Source of the DNA: a virus
Taxonomy: Duplodnaviria > Caudoviricetes
Length of the DNA stretch: 35,760 bases
IMG/VR virus record: IMGVR_UViG_3300020045_009020
Coordinates: 1-35,760 of that record
Strand: one strand, 5' to 3'
Position numbers and translations under genes: made by a program. Position 1 is the first letter of the stretch, and each line of letters opens with the position of its first letter. Below, piece by piece: positions 24,115 through 32,762 of this stretch. The notes beneath the pieces are model-generated. The model was given only the letters and a program-made list of their open reading frames with translations, ran no database searches and was not told the DNA's origin.

Positions 24115-25572
24115 ATGCCTATGAATGCTTTAAGTCTTGAAATGAAGATCAGGGAATTGGACTCGCAAGAAAATCTCGATATTACTAATGAGATAGGACT
24201 GGCCGAGCTAATCGTACAACTGTATGCAAATGAAATTTTATTTGTACCGGTGCTCGGATGGCTAGTTTGGAATGGTAAACAATGGGAAATTGATAATGAT
24301 AATGTAGTTGTGCTGAAAGTAATTGAAATGTGTCAACAATTAAAAAAAATCATTATCAGTAAAAATGAAAAGAAAATGCTGAAATTCATACCGGATATAT
24401 CACAGAATAGAAAAATCAATTCTATATTAAAGCTAGCCGGAGTTATGCCGCCGATTGTATCCAAACAAAACACACTCGATAGCACGCAAACAGATTATCT
24501 ATTTAACTGTCAAAATGGTACTTTTAATCTCAACACAATGAAACTCCAGCCACACAATCCGACAGACTATATTACCAAAATTTCTAATGTTACCTACAAT
24601 GAAACCGCGAAGCCTGATAAGTTTATTAAATTCCTTAATACTACCTTTTGCAATAATCAAGATACTATTAGTTATATCCAGCGATACTTTGGATATACGC
24701 TCACAGCTTGCATTAATGAGCAAAGTTTAGCTTTGTTTTGCGGAACCGGAGCGAATGGGAAAACACAACTACTTGAGATTATATCGCTCATAATGAAAGA
24801 TTACTATCAAAAAATTGAGAGCAATACATTCCTCGACGATAGAGGCAACAATAAATCACTTGCGCTTGCTAATGCTAAAGGCGCTCGAATGATTTACGCT
24901 GGCGAGTTTAACGGCAAGAAAATTGACGAAGCGTTTGTCAAAACTATTACCGGGGGCGAAGAAGTGTCAGCTCGGCATCATTTTAAAAACTTTTTCCAAT
25001 ATTATCCGACCTATAAAATCTTTATGACTTCAAATGATAAACCCCGAGTATCAGGTAACGATCATGGCTTTTGGCGCCGATTTAAAAGTATTGAGTTTAA
25101 AAATGTTATTCCAACGAGTGATCAGATTAAGGATTTTGGACGGTTCCTGTTCAACGAAGAAGGCTCGGCAATATTTAACTGGGTACTATCTGGATATATG
25201 GCATGGATTTCACAAGGGCTCGGGTCATGTAAGGAAGTTGATGACGCTACACAGGATTATAAAGAGGAAAGCGATATATTACATGATTTCTTTCAAGATA
25301 AAATTGAGGTTGATAAGTTCTATTGTGTTAAGTCCAGCGCGCTGCATAAAGCTATAAATGACTACCGCAAGGCGGCCGGACTCAATGCTATTTCTACGCA
25401 ACGCATGGCTCATTATTTAATCAATAAAGGGTTCGATAAAAAGCAGAAAACACAAGGGGCAGAAAAGGGCTCAAAATACTGGCATGGATTAGGCTTAAAA
25501 GACGCAATAGAACACGCTGACCAGAACGATTTATTAAGTGATATTTTGAATCATGACACAGAACCATTTTAG
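24115..25572 (+). CDS. P4/D5-family SF3 helicase (D5_N plus ATPase), no primase domain
   Basis: GWLVWNGKQW, LFNCQNG, GTGANGKT (Walker A), VKTITGGE, GFWRR. Start may be ATG 24121. Confidence 0.9.
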   Translation: MPMNALSLEMKIRELDSQENLDITNEIGLAELIVQLYANEILFVPVLGWLVWNGKQWEIDNDNVVVLKVIEMCQQLKKIIISKNEKKMLKFIPDISQNRKINSILKLAGVMPPIVSKQNTLDSTQTDYLFNCQNGTFNLNTMKLQPHNPTDYITKISNVTYNETAKPDKFIKFLNTTFCNNQDTISYIQRYFGYTLTACINEQSLALFCGTGANGKTQLLEIISLIMKDYYQKIESNTFLDDRGNNKSLALANAKGARMIYAGEFNGKKIDEAFVKTITGGEEVSARHHFKNFFQYYPTYKIFMTSNDKPRVSGNDHGFWRRFKSIEFKNVIPTSDQIKDFGRFLFNEEGSAIFNWVLSGYMAWISQGLGSCKEVDDATQDYKEESDILHDFFQDKIEVDKFYCVKSSALHKAINDYRKAAGLNAISTQRMAHYLINKGFDKKQKTQGAEKGSKYWHGLGLKDAIEHADQNDLLSDILNHDTEPF

Positions 25573-25588
25573 GACTATAATATAGAGT

Positions 25589-25827
25589 AAAAGTAGCGGA
25601 GTAAGTTATCCACAAAGTTATCCACAAGTGAAAATATTGGAAAATGTCAAAAAAAGTAGCAGATGAGGTTAAAAGTAGCAGAGTAGTAGCAGATAAAACA
25701 CATTGATTTATCAACAAAGTAGCAGAGTAGAGGAGTTTTTATATACTAATAGGTTAAATAAAAATATATATATTTTATATATATGTAAAGGAAGACAAAA
25801 CCTATCTGCTACCAAAAGTCTGCTACT
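25589..25827. other. Probable replication origin: iterons, two DnaA boxes and an AT-rich element
   Basis: Five direct AGTAGC[A/G]GA copies, two inverted TCTGCTAC (25805, 25819), TTATCCACA at 25606 and 25618, AT palindrome at 25761-25776. Confidence 0.8.
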
Positions 25828-25851
25828 GAGAAGAAATACTAAGGGGGTAAA

Positions 25852-26481
25852 ATGAAAGAAATTTACAAATTAATGGCCAAGCATTCAGGTTGGTGGTTCA
25901 AGTGTGAAAAGTCGGGCTGTTTTACCGCAGCCGAATTGGCAGAATTAATCGAAATTGAAATGAGTGATGCCGATTTGGCAGAAAAGGAAAAACAATCGGA
26001 GTGGCGGGCTCAAGCTTTGGTTGCTGAATTTAAAAAAGAAATGGAATACCAGCAATGGATGAGAGATAGTAGGATTGAATACTTGTTGAGTGTAAAAAAT
26101 AAATTAAACCAACAGGTAAAAAAAATGTTTGGAATGTCTAAACAGTCAGCAAATTTAGCAAGTTATCGTGATATGATAGCTAACAAACAAATAATTATTG
26201 CTAAAATTATGAGTAATATTGAAAATCTAAGATCTTGGGACGATAATAAAATATCTGATATTGATATTGAAAATGCTAGGAACTATTCGCTTGATAAGTT
26301 ATTGGATATTAAAAAGAATTTTGCATTATGTATTAATCATCAGGATACTAAGCCGAGTATGTACTGTAAGAAGAATTTTGCTCATTGTTTCGTATGTGGA
26401 TGGACTGGAAGCGCAATAGATGTGGTTATGAAGCTGGAAGGATTAGACTTTGTGGCGGCAGTTAAGAGGTTAAATGAGTAA
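25852..26481 (+). CDS. Protein with C-terminal CHC2 (DnaG-type) zinc finger
   Basis: CINHQDTKPSM...AHCFVCGWTGSAIDVVMKLEGLDFVAAVKRL. Confidence 0.85.
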   Translation: MKEIYKLMAKHSGWWFKCEKSGCFTAAELAELIEIEMSDADLAEKEKQSEWRAQALVAEFKKEMEYQQWMRDSRIEYLLSVKNKLNQQVKKMFGMSKQSANLASYRDMIANKQIIIAKIMSNIENLRSWDDNKISDIDIENARNYSLDKLLDIKKNFALCINHQDTKPSMYCKKNFAHCFVCGWTGSAIDVVMKLEGLDFVAAVKRLNE

Positions 26482-26698
26482 TGAATTTGTTGGGATGTTA
26501 AACAAGTATTTGGTAGGCAAGGCATGGCTAGCAGCCCGTCCACCATGCAAGGATCTTGAAGATAAGTTTTACGCGAAAGTCAAAGCGCCCTTGGCCGCGA
26601 TAATTGAAACAGACGAGGAAATGTTATTGATAATGCGTATTTGTGATAAGTTTAATGCGGTTAAGGTTATGTGGAAAGAAAAGAAGGCTAAGGCTTGA
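26474..26698 (+). CDS. Hypothetical protein
   Basis: GAGG RBS; overlaps the upstream gene. Confidence 0.6.
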   Translation: MSNEFVGMLNKYLVGKAWLAARPPCKDLEDKFYAKVKAPLAAIIETDEEMLLIMRICDKFNAVKVMWKEKKAKA

Positions 26699-26723
26699 CA
26701 TTTGGAAATATATATTATAGCAT
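26695..26723 (+). promoter_or_regulatory. Possible sigma70 promoter
   Basis: TTGACA-17-TAGCAT in an AT-rich gap. Confidence 0.5.
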
Positions 26724-26793
26724 ATATAATAATACTATAAATGAGTATATAATATAATGCTGGCTATGTAATTCTATGCTAAAAGGGGTTAAA

Positions 26794-26961
26794 ATGCTTA
26801 AATGCGAGTTTTGTGGAAAGGATTTTTTAGAAAGGAATTTAGAAAATGGAAATTCTAAAAAATATTGTAATAGTAAATGTAGAAGTTATGAAAATATGCT
26901 TCATTGGTTATTAAAGAAAAAAAATAAAGGGCAACAAATATGCGAAACAAAAAGCGTATAA
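26794..26961 (+). CDS. Small zinc-finger protein
   Basis: CEFCGKDF...KYCNSKCR; start moved behind the AAGGGG RBS. Confidence 0.65.
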   Translation: MLKCEFCGKDFLERNLENGNSKKYCNSKCRSYENMLHWLLKKKNKGQQICETKSV

Positions 26962-27092
26962 AGCAGAAAACAGAGCAAAAATGGGTATGTGATACTTGCA
27001 ATAACACTTTTACGGCTTATACGCCAATTACCGGAGCGCATTGTGTAAAGTGTAACAAACCTATGCGATTAAACCTTGGTATAATTGTGTAA
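26940..27092 (+). CDS. Small zinc-ribbon protein (50 aa)
   Basis: Manually translated ...WVCDTCNNTF...HCVKCNKPM. Confidence 0.6.
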   Translation: MRNKKRIKQKTEQKWVCDTCNNTFTAYTPITGAHCVKCNKPMRLNLGIIV

Positions 27093-27108
27093 AATTAAAA
27101 AATAAAGC

Positions 27109-27137
27109 TTGACTTTTGGCGCAATATTTTATATAAT
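27109..27137 (+). promoter_or_regulatory. sigma70 promoter for the packaging/late operon
   Basis: TTGACT-17-TATAAT. Confidence 0.8.
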
Positions 27138-27147
27138 CCGTATATAA

Positions 27148-27295
27148 TGCAAAATAAATCTTTGCAATTTACAATAAAACTCTCAAGCGGCAGGTTACCG
27201 CGTGGGAGTTTTTTTCATTATAGCGGGGCTAAACCGAATCGGATAACTAAATATCATACAAGCGATTTATGCGTTTATGCCCTGCGCTTTTTTTT
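27148..27295 (+). promoter_or_regulatory. Structured leader 4 (hairpin plus two terminator-like hairpins)
   Basis: TGCAAA-ATAAATC-TTTGCA; AAAACTCTCA-AGCGG-CAGGTTA-CCGCG-TGGGAGTTTT-TTT; GCGGGGC-TAAAC...GTTTA-T-GCCCTGC followed by a T8 tract. Confidence 0.65.
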
Positions 27296-27487
27296 ATGAC
27301 AATACTACAATACGCAGCTTTTCTTTCAGTAACTTTAATATTCCTCGTGCTTGCTTTACGCGCGTGTTACTTTCTTTTTGTTTGCAAAGCCGATCCGATA
27401 AAATCTATTCTTCCGGACTTTGCGCTTAAAATGTTTAAGATAGATACTGATAAAAAATTTCATAAAACTATCGAAGTTTCGAGCTAA
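27296..27487 (+). CDS. Small membrane protein
   Basis: MTILQYAAFLSVTLIFLVLAL...; ATG 27296 preferred as start. Confidence 0.5.
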   Translation: MTILQYAAFLSVTLIFLVLALRACYFLFVCKADPIKSILPDFALKMFKIDTDKKFHKTIEVSS

Positions 27488-27507
27488 TTCAGTACAAGGA
27501 ATATTCA

Positions 27508-27756
27508 ATGGCTTTTAAAGCAGGACAAAGTGGTAATCCCGGCGGTAAACCTAAGATGTCTGAGGGATTAACTAAAATTTTAAAAAAAGGCGCTGATGAA
27601 GCGCTTTTGCAAGTTATAAAATTATCACAAAAAGCGCAAAGCGATAAAATAAAATTAGCTGCTTGCCAGTATTTGATTGATAGGCAATATGGAAAAGCTG
27701 TACAGCCGATAGGTAATGACGATGATCAGCCATTTTTGGTTAAATGGAAAGAATAG
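27508..27756 (+). CDS. Terminase small subunit-like protein (DUF5681-type)
   Basis: FKAGQSGNPGGKPK, LIDRQYGKAVQ; directly upstream of TerL. Confidence 0.75.
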   Translation: MAFKAGQSGNPGGKPKMSEGLTKILKKGADEALLQVIKLSQKAQSDKIKLAACQYLIDRQYGKAVQPIGNDDDQPFLVKWKE

Positions 27757-29069
27757 TAGAAATACCTTATAAGCCACATGATGCACAGTTGTTATTGCAT
27801 CAAGACAAGCATAGATTTAAAACGATTGTGTGCGGTAGGCGGTTTGGTAAAACAGTATATGCAGACAATAAGCTCATTCGCAGAGCAATAGAAGATCCAG
27901 GCCCTTATGGGTATATTGCTCCGACATACGGACAAGCAAAATTAATTACTTGGGAACTATTAAAATATTACGCAGTACCTGAGATTCGACAAGGACAGCC
28001 GAATGAAACAGACTTATTGGTAAATTTTAAAAGTGGTGGACAAGTAAGATTATTTGGTGCAGATAAGCCCGATAGAATTAGAGGTTCAAAGTTTAAAGGT
28101 TTAATTATTGACGAATACGCTGATATGAAGCGTAAGATATTTGAGTTAATACTAAGACCGACGTTAGCAGATTATAAAGGGTGGTGCGATTTTTTAGGAA
28201 CTCCAAAAGGAAAATTAAACCATTTTTATGAAATGTTTATCAAAGACCAACAATATGCGGATTTAGATTATAGAGATATAAACGGGAATCCAGTTTTGCC
28301 AGATAAAGATTTTAAAAGCTTTCAATTTAAGACTGAGGATAATCCGTATATAGACAGGCAGGAAATTGAAGACGCAAGAAGGATGTTAGCTGCAGCATAT
28401 TTCCGGCAAGAGTGGGAAGCAAGCTTTGAAAACTATACTGGAATTATTTACAAAGAGTTTGAGCCGGCCCGACACATAATAAGTATTCAGCCGGGCTTTG
28501 TAAAAGATTGGTGGCGAGTATTTGTCGGGTTAGATACAGGACGACATACAGCAGTAAGTTTTGTAGCAGTTGACGATCAGGGCAAGAAGTATGTATTTGA
28601 TGAGATATACGATTATGATGGTGTAGTAAAAGACATAGCATTTCAAATTAAAATAAAATTGTCTAAGTGGCGAATAAACAGGGCAACATACATAATTGAC
28701 TCGGCCTCGCAAGTTAAGCGAGAATATGAGCGACACGGAATAGCAGCACTTGATAGCGAGAAAGATGTTGAAAACCAAATAGCACAAGTAAGAAATCATT
28801 TTCAGAATGATATGCTCTTTATAAACGGCGAAGATGCGCCAATGCACATTGTAGAGCATAAAGGTTATGTATGGGACGAGAAAAGCAAGAAGCCGAAGCC
28901 TGAGCCATTAAAAGAAAACGATCATTCAGTTAGCGCGGTTCAGTATGTTCTCTCAACTTATATGGCGACAAAATCAATAGACCATGCACAAGAGAAAAAA
29001 CAAAAGCAGAGTATCGCTTATTTAAATACAAACAAGCCGCGAGGCACGGCTATATTCAGGAATAGTTAG
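27744..29069 (+). CDS. terL: Terminase large subunit
   Basis: PHDAQ, GRRFGKT (Walker A), IIDEYA (Walker B), GTPKG, nuclease GLDTG, ENDH. Confidence 0.95.
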   Translation: MERIVEIPYKPHDAQLLLHQDKHRFKTIVCGRRFGKTVYADNKLIRRAIEDPGPYGYIAPTYGQAKLITWELLKYYAVPEIRQGQPNETDLLVNFKSGGQVRLFGADKPDRIRGSKFKGLIIDEYADMKRKIFELILRPTLADYKGWCDFLGTPKGKLNHFYEMFIKDQQYADLDYRDINGNPVLPDKDFKSFQFKTEDNPYIDRQEIEDARRMLAAAYFRQEWEASFENYTGIIYKEFEPARHIISIQPGFVKDWWRVFVGLDTGRHTAVSFVAVDDQGKKYVFDEIYDYDGVVKDIAFQIKIKLSKWRINRATYIIDSASQVKREYERHGIAALDSEKDVENQIAQVRNHFQNDMLFINGEDAPMHIVEHKGYVWDEKSKKPKPEPLKENDHSVSAVQYVLSTYMATKSIDHAQEKKQKQSIAYLNTNKPRGTAIFRNS

Positions 29070-29082
29070 AGGAGGCAGCAAA

Positions 29083-29298
29083 ATGGCAAGAGTAGATTTA
29101 AAACAGTTTCTACCGTCGGACAAGAATTTTCAAGCTAATGGAGACTTAATGCTTGGTACAACGATACAAAATTTTGGGCTTGGGAAATACAGTGTTCAAA
29201 TGGTATTTCTCGGTATGGCAATACCGTCTAAGGTAGTCGGAACTTTCGAAGAAGCGACAGCGCTAGAAAATAAGATTTGGAAGGCGGTATTACAATGA
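29083..29298 (+). CDS. Hypothetical protein
   Basis: GGAGG RBS. Confidence 0.65.
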   Translation: MARVDLKQFLPSDKNFQANGDLMLGTTIQNFGLGKYSVQMVFLGMAIPSKVVGTFEEATALENKIWKAVLQ

Positions 29299-29690
29299 CT
29301 GAAGAATTTGAAAAGTTAAAGAGCATGATATTGGATATTGACAATCGTATCTCGGCACTTGAGAATGATAGAAGCCCGGATGCATTGCACAATAAGTTAC
29401 AGTTTATGGGTGGAATATTAGAAGAGCATACTAACAAAATATCACAGATTGAAAACTTAATAACAACGCAAGACGAAAACAATATTGAAGAGTTTACCGC
29501 GCAGGAATTGTTAAAATGGTATCGGGCGAGCGGGTTATTTGTTAGCGATGTACAGAATTTTATCAACGATCCGAAGATAAGCGCAAATGGCGTATTGAAT
29601 GGCAATTGTACAGATAAGTATTTAATATCAAGACTTGGCAAGTGGTTTAGAACTAGAGCTATTAAGCGCAATACTGGGAGTGGGCTGTAA
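29295..29690 (+). CDS. Hypothetical protein
   Basis: ATGA overlap at 29295; TAATG overlap at the end. Confidence 0.65.
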   Translation: MTEEFEKLKSMILDIDNRISALENDRSPDALHNKLQFMGGILEEHTNKISQIENLITTQDENNIEEFTAQELLKWYRASGLFVSDVQNFINDPKISANGVLNGNCTDKYLISRLGKWFRTRAIKRNTGSGL

Positions 29691-30133
29691 TGCTTGAGCA
29701 GTTATGGAATACAATCAGGCCGAACAAAAGATTGACTCAGTATGGCACAGTAGCATTACATATATTTGACGATAGAACACTATTAGAAAAGTTGTGCGGT
29801 AAAGTAGATAACTGGATATTTGAGTATCGGCAAAGACAGAGGTTGCAAAAGTCAATCCGCAAACAAGTTTGGCATAGTTTCTACTCGTTGGGCTTAGGTG
29901 GAATAGTAGATTCGCCGGAGAAGATACGCAACTGGGAAAAGAAAGGTTATGCCTGGGCAACTGCAAGAGAATTTGAGCAGACAGCGGACAGAGCGCAGAA
30001 GCGTATTGAGGCTGAGCAGAACACAAAGATAAGAAAGAAAGTAGAATACGCGGCCCGGCAGATTGCACAGGGTAGAAGCTATATCAAAGAGCAGCGTGAA
30101 ATGCGTGAGAAATTATTAAGGCGAGGAAAATGA
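29690..30133 (+). CDS. Hypothetical protein
   Basis: Coupled overlaps on both sides. Confidence 0.65.
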   Translation: MLEQLWNTIRPNKRLTQYGTVALHIFDDRTLLEKLCGKVDNWIFEYRQRQRLQKSIRKQVWHSFYSLGLGGIVDSPEKIRNWEKKGYAWATAREFEQTADRAQKRIEAEQNTKIRKKVEYAARQIAQGRSYIKEQREMREKLLRRGK

Positions 30134-32256
30134 ACGATCCTAAAAAAGTATTATTTGAGAAAATATTAAAACTTTGGGAAGAAGGCGAGAACCAGAGCTC
30201 AATAATTAATGATTTATACGAGTATTATGCCGGAACTAATTACAAGAATCCAGCCGATTCGTTTTTTCTTAAAGAGAATAGAACTCCGCTAAATGTTATA
30301 GGCCAGATTATAGACGCTAAACATTCGGCGGTACTTGACGCTCAGTTTAACGCTTCAGTTGTGCCGGATATATATAACTTTTCAGATATGCAAGCAATTA
30401 AAGCTTTGCAGAATGTTGCTAATGTTTTAAATAAAGGGTTACAGCAAGTATTAAAGAAAAATTGTGAAGATGACATTAAAGAACGAGCGTTAAAGTGGGG
30501 CTTTATTAAGCGTGGCGCTACTCAGGTTATTTGGGATACGACAAACAATACCGACGGCGATATAAAAATAAGTGTTGTTGATCCGCGCAACTTACGATAT
30601 ACGAAAGGCGCTCAGTCAGTGGACGAGCTTACGATGGTTGCGTATTCAGTTGATATAGACGCCGCTATTGTAAAGCGCGATTACGCGCGTATGCCAGACG
30701 GTAGCTTTGATATTGAGCTATGCAAGCGTATAGATGAGGCAGTAGGCAATAAAGATTTATCAAAAGATAAGGGTAATGATAAAGCAATTGCACCTTACCA
30801 AACTGATAATTCGGCTGGGCTTGCCTATGTCAAAGATAGTCAAGCACAATCCGCTGGTAAGATATTGACAATAGTAGTTATGTTCTTATTTGACGGAACT
30901 TTAGAAGCGCCAGTTGAAGGGCAAACTCCCGAAGATGTTGAGCTTCAAAACGAGATGAAGCTTAAATATCCGAATGGGCGTTTGATTATGTTTGTGCCGA
31001 ATAAAGAGAAACAATTAATACTAAAAGACGAAGCCGCGCCGGAATCGTTTAAGAGTTTAGGGAATATAGATTTCTTACTGCTTAATAAATTTAGCGGGTT
31101 AGATGTGAAGAGTGAAGTTGATAATCTTATTGGCGGGCAAGATAGGATTAATGGCACGATAAGAAAGTTAAGAGCGACAGTTGGCGGAAATATTAACTCA
31201 GTATTATTCGACGAAAGACATAGAGGGATTGTTGAGGACAACGCATTTGTAAATTTACCAGTTGTGTTTATTGACGGGCTTGGTGACTTTCAGCCGCCAG
31301 TGCTAAATAATGGCGGTATTGAACAAGCAATGAAGTTGCGCGAGTTAATCGAAAGCTATAAAAATGATATGTACGAAATAGCGCGCATAAACAGAGCATG
31401 GGTAAGCGGCGAGAATCAAGATAATGTCAAATCTGGCGATCATGCAGACGCGCTTAACGAATCGGCAATGTCGGCTATCCGGTCATTACAGCGCAACTTT
31501 AAGGATTACTGGATTGGAGTTTGTGAGAAAGTAATATCATTAATGCTTGAGAATTATACTACACAAAGATTGATTGAGATAGGTAGTGGAGTAACCGCGC
31601 AAGAATATGCTATGTTTGATACTGAGATAGGCGAAGATGGCCAGCCGCAGAAAACAATAAAATTTATAGATGAAGCCGGCAAGATAGCAGATATGATTAA
31701 GATTGACCCGGCATGGAAATTCAAGATTGAAGTTACAAGCGGGACAGATATACCGCGCTCAAGGTTAGAAAATTCAAGGCTTGTAGATGAAGTTATAGCA
31801 TCGCCGATTATGCAGACTGGTGATATTGACATGATAGATATGTATCTAACAGCAAAAGATTTTCCGAATCGCCATGCAGTAGTTGAAATGCTCAAGAAGA
31901 AAATGGAACAAAAGGCTAAGAATCCGGAGCCGATACTTGAGCAATTAGGCAAGAATCCTGATATGATGAAAGCATGGTCAGATTTATTCAAGGCTTTGGA
32001 AGGACACCCAAACGCGCAAGGTCAATTGTTAGAGCGTGCGGGCTTAAATCCCGAAACAGGAACTATTACAAGTTTACCTGCTAATTTAGTAACTAGCAGA
32101 TCACAAGCGAAAGATATTGCATTAATAGCACCAGCTCAAGTAAGCGAGAATCCGAAACAAGCTAAATTCGGTCACGATCAAGCAACAGATGTAGAAATAA
32201 TAACTCATGCTGAAAAACAAAATCAGCATAAGTTTGTGCCTGAGGAGGCCAAATGA
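30130..32256 (+). CDS. Portal protein (P22 gp1-like size and position)
   Basis: 708 aa after TerL; YYAG, LNVIGQIID, VVDPRNL, YPNGR. Confidence 0.8.
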   Translation: MNDPKKVLFEKILKLWEEGENQSSIINDLYEYYAGTNYKNPADSFFLKENRTPLNVIGQIIDAKHSAVLDAQFNASVVPDIYNFSDMQAIKALQNVANVLNKGLQQVLKKNCEDDIKERALKWGFIKRGATQVIWDTTNNTDGDIKISVVDPRNLRYTKGAQSVDELTMVAYSVDIDAAIVKRDYARMPDGSFDIELCKRIDEAVGNKDLSKDKGNDKAIAPYQTDNSAGLAYVKDSQAQSAGKILTIVVMFLFDGTLEAPVEGQTPEDVELQNEMKLKYPNGRLIMFVPNKEKQLILKDEAAPESFKSLGNIDFLLLNKFSGLDVKSEVDNLIGGQDRINGTIRKLRATVGGNINSVLFDERHRGIVEDNAFVNLPVVFIDGLGDFQPPVLNNGGIEQAMKLRELIESYKNDMYEIARINRAWVSGENQDNVKSGDHADALNESAMSAIRSLQRNFKDYWIGVCEKVISLMLENYTTQRLIEIGSGVTAQEYAMFDTEIGEDGQPQKTIKFIDEAGKIADMIKIDPAWKFKIEVTSGTDIPRSRLENSRLVDEVIASPIMQTGDIDMIDMYLTAKDFPNRHAVVEMLKKKMEQKAKNPEPILEQLGKNPDMMKAWSDLFKALEGHPNAQGQLLERAGLNPETGTITSLPANLVTSRSQAKDIALIAPAQVSENPKQAKFGHDQATDVEIITHAEKQNQHKFVPEEAK

Positions 32257-32528
32257 AGTATGTCGCAGGTAGAAAGTTTAAGATTAGCGGTATAGATTTA
32301 GATATTGAGGTAAATGGTTGTTTCCCGGGTGGTCAAGGCCGCTCAATTCGTTGGATGCAGAACAGTTACCAGATAACAATGAACGGAATCCCGATGGAGA
32401 TTACTGAGCAGGGATTGGAAACGCTCGAGAACGCAATGCACGAAATAGCAATAGTAGAAACAGATGGGCCGGTTAATTCGCAAGAGCCACTAGTTGAGAA
32501 GAAGAAAAGAGGCAGGCCCCGTAAATGA
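32253..32528 (+). CDS. Hypothetical protein with AT-hook-like C-terminus
   Basis: Ends KKKRGRPRK; GGAGG RBS. Confidence 0.65.
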   Translation: MKYVAGRKFKISGIDLDIEVNGCFPGGQGRSIRWMQNSYQITMNGIPMEITEQGLETLENAMHEIAIVETDGPVNSQEPLVEKKKRGRPRK

Positions 32529-32665
32529 AGATAGTTTGTCCGAAGTGCGGCAAATTTCTCTTTATTGTTAATGAAACTAAAAGTAATGATTTTAAGAATA
32601 CGAAGAAAATAAAAATATGGTGTAAAGTTTGCAAGAAAGAAATAGAAATAGAAATAGAAATTTGA
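32525..32665 (+). CDS. Com-like Cys4 zinc-ribbon micro-protein (46 aa)
   Basis: Manually translated MKIVCPKCGKFLF...IKIWCKVCKKEIEIEIEI; ATGA overlap. Confidence 0.7.
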   Translation: MKIVCPKCGKFLFIVNETKSNDFKNTKKIKIWCKVCKKEIEIEIEI

Positions 32666-32683
32666 AAATTTAATAAAGTTTTC

Positions 32684-32753
32684 AGAGCCACTAGAGCCAA
32701 TATTTGCGAGGGAGCGAAAGCGTCATTACCTCGAAATATTGGCTTATTTTTTT
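32684..32753 (+). terminator. Terminator overlapped by a tandem AGAGCC repeat
   Basis: AGAGCC at 32684 and 32693; AGCCAATATTT...AAATATTGGCT (32695-32744) plus T tract; internal GC-GAAA-GC tetraloop. Confidence 0.75.
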
Positions 32754-32762
32754 GGGGAAATT

